From: Antedon mediterranea
Lineage: Eukaryota > Animalia > Echinodermata
DNA length: 64,000 nucleotides
Reading direction: 5' to 3'
NCBI RefSeq assembly: GCF_964355755.1
Contig: NC_092671.1
Coordinates: forward strand, 9,114,001 to 9,178,000
In this document: positions 12,469-23,582 of the stretch, one piece after another
Numbering within the stretch: position 1 is the first letter of the stretch
Layout of the letters: every line of letters starts with the position of its first letter
The notes under the pieces: generated by a model
Databases searched by the model: none
What the model saw: the letters and a program-made list of their open reading frames with translations, nothing else
What the model was told of the DNA's origin: nothing
Translations under genes and position numbers: made by a program

Positions 12469-13028
12469 TTATCGTCTCAAACAACAATGAGGGCGCTTTT
12501 GCTATTATTTTAGTCACTTTTATTTGCAAGACAAAATGAGCAACCTTACGAAATGGCAGCCAAAGATTATGTAAGATGTTCCACCACCATCCACGGTATG
12601 AAAAGGGCACACTGAAATTGGTATACCCATAGAGATATTATAATATCTCTTTGGTATACCCCTAATTTTCTTTTACCGCTCATGCAATTTTAATGTCATA
12701 CAATTAAAAACAAAAACTGAACACAAAAAAAAAGTAGTCAATTGGAAGCCCTGTCTGTCATTAGCAGACAACGGGTTTGGTTAATTCAACCGTTTATTTT
12801 TTATAAGTGATCGTTATTTTGTGTTAAGAAAGTTAATAATTTTTACATTATGGCCTACGAAGTTTGATTTTATTCATCTTTATTGTTATGATGCATTCTT
12901 TAATTAATATTTCAGACCTATAATAATCACATTGTAAAATTGCAGAACATTTAAAACTCCATGCCCTATAGGGCATAAATTGTTAATGTGACATAATCCA
13001 CATGAAAAAAGGAGAACGCCACTTCGGT

Positions 13029-15083
13029 TTATGCAAGATCATTGACACTGGAGTCCTTTTTCGGTGGCAAGGCTTTGCAGTAGTCTGGCAGAGTGTCTAA
13101 AACTATTGGTTCTTCCGCTTTGATCGACGATGTGGTTACTTCCAGTGACATATCAATACACAAGACATCACCAATTGCATCCGAAAAGGTTACTCGTGCT
13201 TCATATTTGCCCTGAAGTGAAAACAAAATATTATTAGATGTTTTTTTACCAACCTCCTCTCCTCCTGGCTCCCTCCTTCCTAAACAATTATATTGTGCAT
13301 AGACTTTTAAAAGTCTGAGGTTATCAGGAGGATCCGAACCTTTCTCACTTTGTAAGTATTAATTTGTGTTAGAATTCGGTTTATTATGTGTGAGGATTAT
13401 CATGCACACATATTCCTTTTATATTACTATTGATGTTCTACTATGATAATATAATAATATTATAAACAATTACCGAAGCAAATAGTTTAATATAGAATGG
13501 TAAATCATCAACTGCGACAGACACAGGCGTAACACTTGTGTTGTATTTTCTCGGTGGAGGTGGGCATTCATTGCAATCTATGCAATTCTCCGCCGCTCCG
13601 GCAGGACACTTAATAGTCGGTGGTTCTTCTAACATCATGTCACAGACATTATCGAAAGAGCTGAAAAAACAATACATAATATAAAATATATAAACAATAT
13701 GTCCGTCACCCTGAAAAACATTTTCGACAAGGGCGCCTCGCTGCACCACGCCCTTCCTCTTCTTAAGCATGCTTTCAAAACGAAGTTCCACAAGACCGGA
13801 GGACACGTCATAGGTCTAGTATACCGATGATACCGGAGGACACGTCAATAGGTCTAGTATACCGATGATGGCATAAACGGTATAACCCAGGTGGTGGAAA
13901 ATAATGGGAAAATCATTGTTGTAGCAGTCAACAAACTGTACTGTTTGTCATCACAGACATCACAATATCCACGCTGGTGACCCACGGGACGGACTCAACA
14001 GGTACCTATGGGAGAATTACTTCCCAGATTTCGTTTATGACGCAACGCAAGGACGTAAGCGAAACGCAATCGATAGATCAATGACAAGCGACAGTTCGAA
14101 TAATTCATTGCTTGTGATTGGTAAAATCATTAATGGTAGGTTTTAACTTGAGAGGCAACACAAGGACGTAACGCAACGTTGTTGACCAATCTCAAGCGAT
14201 GAATTATTCGAACGGTCACTTGTCATTGGTCAACACGTTTGCGTTGCGTTTACGTCCTTGCGTTACGTCATAGTGGAAACCAAGCTTTGCGTTGCGCTTA
14301 CGTCCTTGCGTTGCGACTCTAGTGGAAACCACGCTTTTATGCCACTCACCAGCATCCAGGAATCGGAATCCGTGCTGTAAACCAGTACATATTAACCAGC
14401 ATCCAAACTTCAACATTAAGACTGAGAGGTTCAGTCAAATTTGTCAAAACTTCAGCTTCAAATTCAACAGCGATGTTGTGAGGGATGATGATTGGGTCTG
14501 GAGACATCTTCAAGTAACTGACCTTGATACCTGTTGATCTAAATTGATAATCTAAGAAACAAAGCTTTAATGCATTAATAATCTTAAATGATTATGATTG
14601 TAGTTTTTGTGTCAGGGAGTTGAGTAATTAGATGTTTTGCTCTACTCTACGTAATTTGTACTTTATACTAAGTACATTTGAGAATTTCTCGGGTGGGACT
14701 CGAACCCACGACCTCCAGATCACTAGCCTGGCGTTCATACCTCAGACCACCGAGCTTGCGCTGATGGCTAGTGGTTAGATTTGAGCCTAAATAAGCAGTG
14801 GGTACTGCACCAACAGTAGGGCAAAACATCTAATTAATCTTAAATGAAACAATCAAAATTCAAAGGTTATAGGCCTAACATCAATTTAGTTTGATCGGGG
14901 AAGAGTTATATTGTAATTTAACTCTTCCCTGGTTTGTCATAACGAATTTACAAATAACGAAGTTATTTTACCTTCACAAGTTTTCCATTGAAAGGAACTT
15001 TTACAATTTACGAAACTTGCAAAATTCAACGTAATACTGAAAACTATCAGCAACAGCAGAGAACAATTATTATAAGGTGCCAT
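13029..15083 (-). CDS. GM2A: GM2 ganglioside activator-like ML-domain lipid-binding protein, ~227 aa; exons 15083-14972, 14551-14350, 13660-13474, 13211-13029
   Basis: Signal peptide followed by SSFQWKTCE, LKMSPDPIIIP, IPIPGCCSFDNVCDM, C..CPPPPRKY and LFASGKYEARVTF...LC, the GM2AP pattern. The total of 684 nt is in frame. Confidence 0.8.
14030..14338. mobile_element. Palindromic MITE-like repeat (two adjoining pieces) in a GM2A intron
   Basis: Inverted copies of acgcaacgcaaggacgtaa / ttacgtccttgcgttgcg, with tagtggaaacca ends. Confidence 0.55.
14592..14834 (-). mobile_element. tRNA-like-containing insertion with an internal 22-bp inverted repeat and 13-bp TSD; related degenerate copy at ~37480-37670
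   Basis: The B-box ggttcgagtccc is on the minus strand. The IR taattagatgttttgctctact (14625-14646) matches 14815-14836 at 21/22. The direct repeat taatcttaaatga occurs at 14579-14591 and 14835-14847. Confidence 0.65.
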
Positions 15084-16067
15084 TTTAATTCTGTATTTCA
15101 TACATTTAATTGTGCAAGTTTATGATGTGAAGTCACGTACCAACCATGCGACGGCCCGTGGACTTTAAAATGTTGTTTTCATGATAACAAAATCGCGTCT
15201 ATGTTTTTAAGGTCAAACGGTCCAGATAAGAGAATTTCGAGAGCCGGTTACGTCATTTGTAGTGCCTATCGGATAATCTGTAAATAAAATGATGGGAGAC
15301 GAGGGTGGGGGAAAGGTACAGTAACATTGATTGATCATTATTTCAGAATTACAAAAATTCCAATAAAAAAATCCATGCAAAGAAATAAAAAATCACACAA
15401 AATTGGAATTTCTCCTAAAAGAGATTTGAGAGAAATCGTGCACCTAACAAGATCATTCTTAGTATTCATAACTCTTATTTTAAAACCGTAATTATTATTA
15501 TTATTAGGCTTATATTTTAGCTCAATTGACATCTAAGGACTGACTGATAGGCTAGGGCCATCAGTAATATCTTATTTATGCCACTCTATGTCTCATATAT
15601 GTGAAGTTTACTTTCCAACCTATTAATTTTTTATGATTCTTTGGTGTAAATTAAAGCTCTGTCTACACTATCAAACTATTTTGAAAAAAAGAGTGTGGTA
15701 TAGTGAGTATGCTTAAATATGGTACTGATATGTCCATAATAATTATTATATGAGCACATCACATTTTGTTTGTCACATAAAGTTTGATAGTGTAGATATA
15801 GAGCTTCGTTGTATTTTAATTTTAGCATAATGATTATATTCACTTTTTACCATTGGATCCGGAAAAAATGTACCTTAAAAATTAAAAAAAGTTAGTAAAT
15901 TGGAGTTCTTCGGCTCCGCCCTCTAAGCAGTGGTGTTTTTGCATCCGGGCAAGTCTATCGGTCGTTCCCTTTAATTTCTCCGCTTCGCCGCATATGTTGA
16001 AGAAAGTATTCGGGAAGTTATTCGCCGAATTAGTTTATGCTTTGTCATCCAGATTTGCCTGTTTATT

Positions 16068-19000
16068 ATGTCAGATAGTACAGCGAAGCGAGTTAAAATG
16101 GCGACATCATTAGAGCAACTCAAGCAATTAACTACAGTTGTAGCTGACACCGGCGATTTTGACAGTAAGTAAGGCCTTCCCGTACGTGAAGGGGACCCTG
16201 CTGGATATTGTATGGGCCAAGGGATAAAACGCGCGAACTGTACCGGGGATTCAAATGAATCTTGCGCAAACGACCGGCCTAGCTCTCCAGTCTCTGTCTG
16301 CTGCTGTACACTCCCAGCATTGCAAGCTACTGCAGTGCTAGCACTAAGTACGGTGCTAAGTGAGGGTGTGGTAAAATTGTCTTTCAGGATAACCTCTCTA
16401 CCTATTAATATACCAGGCATTTAAAAAAAAAATAATTAAATTAAGTAGACTTTTTACTTAGTACAGGCCAGGCAGGGGATACAGATGACATGCAAGAAAT
16501 ATATTTGAGTGTGGTCGTGGGTTAATTTGCATAATGAATCAGGAAAAGTTGTTGAATTTGATTTGGGTATCATTATTGAACACTGAAATCAATATTTAAT
16601 ATTAACTTTAAACACGTATGTGGAGTAAAGTGCAGGATTGGCTGTTTTTATTAAATTTGTCTCTGCTTTTTTGTGTGTTAAGACTTACAGATTTTGTGGC
16701 TGCTTTTAATTTTATGCTATGACCATGCTAGTTAATGCTAGTTTTGCTATTTAGATAGAGAAGATTTAGGAAGTGTTTGTGGTATGTTATTTTTCATTTC
16801 ATGCTACAGTATAGCCAATCCTGTGCCTTAGTGAGAATGTGAAGCTCAATTTGAAGAGCTTGCTAAATGTGTACTAAATAAACAATGAATATCAAGTATA
16901 TTGACAATATGTAATTTTACTGTAGAATAATCAACCTAACCATAAATATACTTAACCTAACAATCTTCCACTCTTTAAAATTTGCCATGTAAAAAAACCC
17001 CTAAAAAGTGGTCATGATCATCTGTTTCCCATATTGTGTATAGAGAAGGAGTTTAATTCCCTAATTATCTAGTTTGCAATTGAGCATGTAATTTGGAATA
17101 ACAATGCCAGGTCAAATGTGTTTGACCATTGACCAGTAAAGAGTGAAATCTTCCTTTCATCTACTGAGGTAATTTTAGTGTAGTGTAAGATAAAAAAAAA
17201 CAACCCCCAACAATCAATCAAAGCGTTTTGAGACCATTAATGATTTTCCATGATGCAGTAGAGATTTAATTTAGAGATTGTAATACTGTTTGGTCTTTTG
17301 TATGTGTATGGTAAGCAGTAAAATAATAATATAATTAGTTCCTGGTTGAGTTCTTGAATGACTTTGCATAACAAATTATACCTCAACAAAAGACTAACAA
17401 TACTGCACATACCATTACACAGTACACTCTAGGTCATTGAGGAAATAAACTTGTTTTTGTATTGTGTATAGTAATACCACTGTACTATATCTTAATACTA
17501 TTAGGGATTTCAGGTGAAATATTGATTGACACCCTATGAACTTGGAAATGATACCATATGAAGCAGAATTGAAAGACAATGACAATGCTTTTTAAATTTT
17601 TTAAATCGGACAAGGCGTTCAAAAGTTACATTAAAAAACAATACGAAAAAATAGATAGGAAGTCGAAGACATTGGTTTCTATGTTTTCTATTATTTTATT
17701 AAAAGCTAAAAGTGGTCCAAAACAGTCAACAAAATCATTGATATTTTGTACATAATTGGGTATATCTTTTTAACCATAAAGTGTACCGGCCTAATTTTTT
17801 CAACAGTTATTAATATAATCTAAATACATAATGTTCAATAAAAATGTTGCCAAAAAAATCATAAATTATTGTTTTATTATTAATACATAATGAAACTATG
17901 TAATATTTGAATGTAATAAAATACATAAAATCTAACATAGCTCTTTAATTATTACTCACATTATGCCTATTTTTTTACCAGTTAATTGTATAATATAATT
18001 ACACAATTTTTAATAAAAATTCTATTAAAAATATGTTTTTGTTGCCATGGAAACGTGTAATAAAATAAAAATATGACATTTAATCGCAAAAATACATAAA
18101 ATCTAACATAGCTCTTTAATTATTACTCACATTATGCCTATTTTTTTACCAGTTAATTGTATAATATAAATACACAATTTATAATAAAAATTCTATTAAA
18201 AATGTTTTTGTTACCATGGAAACGTGTAATAAAATGAAAATATGACGTTTAATCGCAAAAATACATAAAATCAAAGATAGCCATTCGTAATTGTAATGTT
18301 GATAAGTTTATCAGCAAGCAGTAAGTTTATGTAGATCTAAAGCTGAAATACCAACAGCTTTAAGAAAATCACCAGGAATATCTTCTTCCATGACTGTAGT
18401 AGAGATTAAATACCTGTTGATAAATATTAATTACAATAAGTTCACTTTTATTTTTATATGAAAATAATCGGTATTATTTAAAAAAAATAAATATTAACTG
18501 GAAAAAACACATAGATTTTTATAGCAGTTTTTAAATTAATCAATTAAAACTAAAAACCTACAAAATATGATGTATTCCTTTCATTTTTTATAAAAAAACA
18601 TAATCCTCAATTAATATAACCAAATAATACCCCTTAAAAATAAGTGAACCTGTCCATAATGTATTTAACTTTCATTGTACGGACGATTCCATTTACATTA
18701 ATAGGGATGTTAAGCATTTTAAACTAATATGTTTTAAAACACTTAAAAATAATAAAGTACCTATTATTATTTCTTCGGAACGATAGGAATAGGAAATATA
18801 TTAATCATAATTATAATCAATGTTGGTTAAACTATAATTTATATAAGACTTAACCTCCGTTAAGTAAAAATTCTACTGGCAGTCCTGTGCAGGCAGGCAC
18901 AGGCTAGCCTCAGCCTGAGACAATGGAACAAGTGGAGTGTGGCTTGAGAAAGAAAAAACATGTGCCTACTCTTTTCTTTTTCCGTTCATAAATTCTCAAC

Positions 19001-22000
19001 CAATTACTCTAAGATTTTAACAATAGCTACTTTAAACATTATATTTTCATATTATATGTGTCTTTGATTTAAAATATTCCATCAACCTACCGAAAAAACG
19101 AAGATTATTTTTGAAAGTCCACCAATTCTGTTCTAGACATCGTATAAACCTGGGACATGCTTTGTTTAATTGTCAATCACCTCAGGTTGTCACGGAAACT
19201 CCAATCAAAAAGCATCATATTTTTAGATCTCCAAAAATGGGCGGTCATAAACTGCAAGCAGGAATTTCCCTCATCATGTTCATGAGGTGACCAGCTGGAT
19301 AGGGTGTTAGTAATCTTGTTGTATTTCATTGAATAATTGATATTTCCGCGAATTGTCTACAGCACTTGAAAGTAGACATGTGTACCTTTCCAAAAATGTA
19401 TTATTTGCCCAAAAAATATTAATCTAATAATTAAAAAATGGCACTTCAAAATGGTCAATTTTTTACTTTGATGTGCTGCCTGTGTGTGTGTGACCTCAAG
19501 CTGTAGCCATGCAACTGAATACCCTAATACTATAGAAATAAACAGGGACTTTTTTTATAACATTTTAGTCGGATATTATCTCACCTGGTTTTCATCAGTA
19601 TTGTCGGTATTTTATGTGTATTATTAAATATTACAAGATTTTCCATATGGTTACAATGATTACCATATAACAATATTTTACTTCCATGCAAGAAGACACC
19701 TAAACTCATTAGCATAAATAGATTATGATATATGATTCCTATGTTGAACAGTTTCTCTTTATCATGCTAAGTTTATCCCTGATCATGATCAATTAGGTCA
19801 GAATGCAAAATCGTCAATGCAAATTTCATAACCAATGGAAAATTAGACCTCAGAGGCGCTACTAAAATGTTATTATTTTTATGCAGTAGCGATTTTTCCC
19901 ACAATTTTGATATTCAGATGGTCCACGTTAATCAATGCTTGTTTTTCTTACTTCAGCTATTAAACAATACCAGCCCACAGATGCTACTACTAACCCATCG
20001 CTTATCCTAGCTGCGGCCCAGATGCCGCAGTACAGCAGATTGCTAGACCAGGCCATCGGATATGCCAAGGGCTTAGGAGGGTAAGTGTAGTATTTATGAC
20101 TTAATAGTTCTCAATAGTATAACTATTAGTATTAGTAATTACAACATTGTTTCTGATCCCTGGTGCTATACTCTGTAGTGAATGCTATATTTGGTAGAAT
20201 AAGCTCACTGTACTGTTAATGCTATTCGGCTGAATTCTTGTAAGATTGTGTGAAAAGATGTCAGCTAATGTTACTTTATTATTTTGCAGATCAGGCGATG
20301 AGCAATTGGCTAATGTCATGGATAAACTATTTGTTCTCTTTGGAGTTGAAATTCTGAAGATTGTTCCTGGACGTGTTTCCACTGAAGTTGACGCAAGGTA
20401 CTGTATAATGCGAAAAAACAATTCATCACACTTTTTACTTTAGCATAGGATATGTTTTTCTCCCTCACCCCACATTGTATATATGATGTAAACTGTATTG
20501 TATGTCGATTTTATTTTGAACTTATACAGATATGAACATTTCTTTAATAAGAAGTTTTTATGATCTACTTATAAAAATATAAATTTATTTATATAATTTT
20601 GTTTTTACAGATTGTCTTTTGATAAAGAAAAACAAATTGAAAAAGCTTTAAAACTGATTGGCTTGTATGAAAAGGAAGGAATAAGTAAAGACAGGATCTT
20701 GATAAAACTAAGTTCCACATGGGAAGGCATCCAAGCGGCCAAGGAACTTGAGGAAAAACATGGAGTGCACTGCAATCTTACCCTCTTGTTCTCTTTTGCA
20801 CAAGTAAATGCCTTTTCTGTTTTTGACCTCCTTAAGAGTAAAACTTTTGTGAGGCTGGTTTTTATTCAAATTTGTTGCAATATCGATTAAAAAAAATGTC
20901 AAGATGAATTTCTATCTTTTAAATGCAGTACATGCAATTTTCAAGAAAACATACTGTAAAAGTCTGGATGTAATTAATAAGGCCTTCTATCCAGTTTAAC
21001 TTTGACATGTATTGTAATACCCTAATAAGATCAAGGGTTCGAGGCCTCTGCTATATTGCTTGTATCATTAGGCAAGGTGCTTTATTTTCTTTGTCTCGTC
21101 CTTCGGATGTATTGGGAAAACATTGGTCCCATGTATATAAATTCAACCAAAGGCTTTACATCCGAGCTGAAGGACAAGGTACACTGTTTGGAAAGAGTAT
21201 GATGTCTTTATTTACATAATTATATTCCAAATTTCCTCAACTTTCTTCCTCCATACTATTTATGAACTCTTGGATATTAAAAAATTGGATCTCAATAATT
21301 TAATATGAAACAAGGGAATAAATATTTTTCAACCATAGGCTGTAGCATGCGCTGAAGCAAAAGTCACCCTCATCTCACCGTTTGTTGGCCGTATTATGGA
21401 CTGGTACAAAGCTTCCACTGGAACCAAAGCCTATGCACCTGATGATGACCCAGGTGTCAAGAGTGTAAGGAGTATCTTTACGTACTATAAGAAGTTCGAC
21501 TACAAGACCGTTGTGATGGGGGCTTCTTTCCGTAATGTAGGAGAGATCACAGCTCTAGCTGGTATTGATCTTCTTACTATCAGGTGTGTAATACATCCAA
21601 TTTTTATTGGTAACATATTTGTGCTGATTGAAATGCTAAAAAGTTAAGTGCTACATGATTTTGCTTATTATGGTTCCAATCTTGCTTGATCTCAATCTTG
21701 CTTATTATGTGCTTGATCTTGCTTATTATGGTCTAGAGTTTTAACTTTCCAAACTTCGAACACTTTTGGCCTGGTTTTCCTAATTTAGGACCTTTGTTTG
21801 GTCTTGTCTGGCTTTGGGAGAGTTCGTATCAATTGTACAGTATTTGTACCTCGGTCATGGTGTAATTATTCCATGACCTATACCAGAGCCTATGTCATGA
21901 TTTACGTAATTATCTACAATCAATGTTTATGCCAATTAATTTAAAATCAATGTTTATGTTACATATGAATAAATTAATTTAATCATAGTTTAAAAATAAA

Positions 22001-22780
22001 ATATTTGATTGATTATGTAATTAATTGTGCATTTGATTTCCTCCAGCCCTAAACTTTTAGGCGAGTTGACAGCTTCAACTGATGAAGTCACTGAAAAACT
22101 GTCCGTGGCATCTGGTATGTAATCGTTGATATCTATATCAAAAATAGTGAGTGAGTGGCCGAGCGGTTAAGACAGTGGAACTGTAATTACGTAGCCATAA
22201 CATCGGCATGGGTTCGAGGCTCACTCACTCCATGGTTCTGGTGGTAGAACGAGTCTTCTCGGATAAGGACTATAAACGTAGGTCCAATGTACACAAATAG
22301 CTCGTGTGCACTTTAAAGAACCTAGTACATCTTTCGAGACGAGTAGGGGGTTACCCCGGTGTATTAGTACATCACAGCCACTGATCACCAACTGGGCCCT
22401 CTGGGAGACAAGTCTTTGACTGAAGAGGTTACCCAGTATAAATATATATTTCAATCAATCTTGAACTTGTTACCGTTACCCTACAAACAATAGATTTCTA
22501 AGCCGCATGCAACGGCTGCAGTGTATTTTGACCACAGCATAACAGAATGGGCTAGGCACTGAAAATTAAATTGGCGAGTTACTTTTTTTTTATATAATCA
22601 AATTACTGTTTGGTTTCAGCTAAAAAAGACCCAGTTGAGAAGATATCAATTGATGAAGGCACTTTCCGTTGGATGCTGAATGAAGATCAGATGGCAACGG
22701 AGAAACTTTCCGATGGGATCCGCAAGTTTGCTGCCGATGCCATCAAGTTGGAGACCATGTTGAAACAGAAATTGGTTTAA
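16068..22780 (+). CDS. TALDO1: Transaldolase, ~331 aa; exons 16068-16164, 19957-20080, 20290-20397, 20611-20803, 21339-21583, 22047-22114, 22620-22780
   Basis: Motifs [42 protein letters not shown] (catalytic Lys), [23 protein letters not shown] and [10 protein letters not shown]. The total of 996 nt is in frame. Confidence 0.97.
17502..19526. mobile_element. Non-autonomous DNA transposon (TAGGG termini) in TALDO1 intron 1, containing a ~170-bp tandem duplication (~17918-18270)
   Basis: Imperfect TIR tagggatttcaggtg / caactgaatacccta with flanking direct repeat (a)atactat. Confidence 0.55.
22148..22460 (+). mobile_element. tRNA-derived SINE with a Deu/Nin-type core
   Basis: A-box tggccgagcgg and B-box gggttcgag. 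The core gtcttctcggataaggactataaac...gcactttaaagaacc...cgagtagggggttaccccggtgt resembles the DeuSINE core. It ends in a (caat)n tail. Confidence 0.8.
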
Positions 22781-23582
22781 TTGCCAAATAATAAAGATAC
22801 AATATCTATTTTTACAAATTCTACGCATATTTTATGTTACTTTTCTTCCTAAACAACTTGAACATTAACAATTCTTCTATAGTAATCTGCATATTTTTTA
22901 TATCCGCTCTCACCGTGAATCAAAGATAGAGACCTTACAAATTCTATATTCATTTTTTGTTAATGTTCTCCTTTTTAACAACAGTAATTCTGTAGTATTC
23001 CAAGTATTTTTATATTAACATTTACTCAATACCATAAATCAGATTCAGTTATTTGTTCCAAATTGCATAAACTGATAAAATATGTTTAATTACGTCTTAA
23101 AAATATTGTAAAATACAAATCATTCCATAAAAATAAAAAGCACAATAATTTTTTTTATAGTATTCAGTCTAAACCCTATCATAACAGTAAATATTTTGGG
23201 GTTAATATTATTATGAAGGTGGTGGAATATTATGTTTGTATTAGGGACAATAAAAGAATAAACCCATTACTGTAAGTTTCTGTTAATTTGTTCATGTATT
23301 GTGTACGTCGGATTTCTAACGAACAAATAATGTTTTCAGTTTCAAGCTCCCAAATCAAAACAATGTATTGTTACCAAAAGGAATTGATGTCCTCTTCTAA
23401 CCAGAAATGTACCGCTCAGAGTAGTTGGTGGCGCTATATTATCGCCGCGACGGTCGTACAGTACACACACATGCGATGCGGGTGCGGCACAATAACAATA
23501 TTCTGAGCGCTAGGCCTCTCCTGGTGGACCTAGCAGCACAGTATAATTTTGTCTTGTAATTCAGTTAAAATATTGAATAATA

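Noticed and set aside
15971-16420. 149-aa minus-strand ORF over TALDO1 exon 1
   Set aside because: It is an antisense shadow of a GC-richer coding/promoter region with no recognisable domain.
22148-22225. Possible tRNA gene (likewise ~14690-14760, ~26090, ~47650-47720, ~59660-59720)
   Set aside because: A/B boxes are present, but there is no complete cloverleaf and each continues into a repeat body, so they are SINE-type heads.
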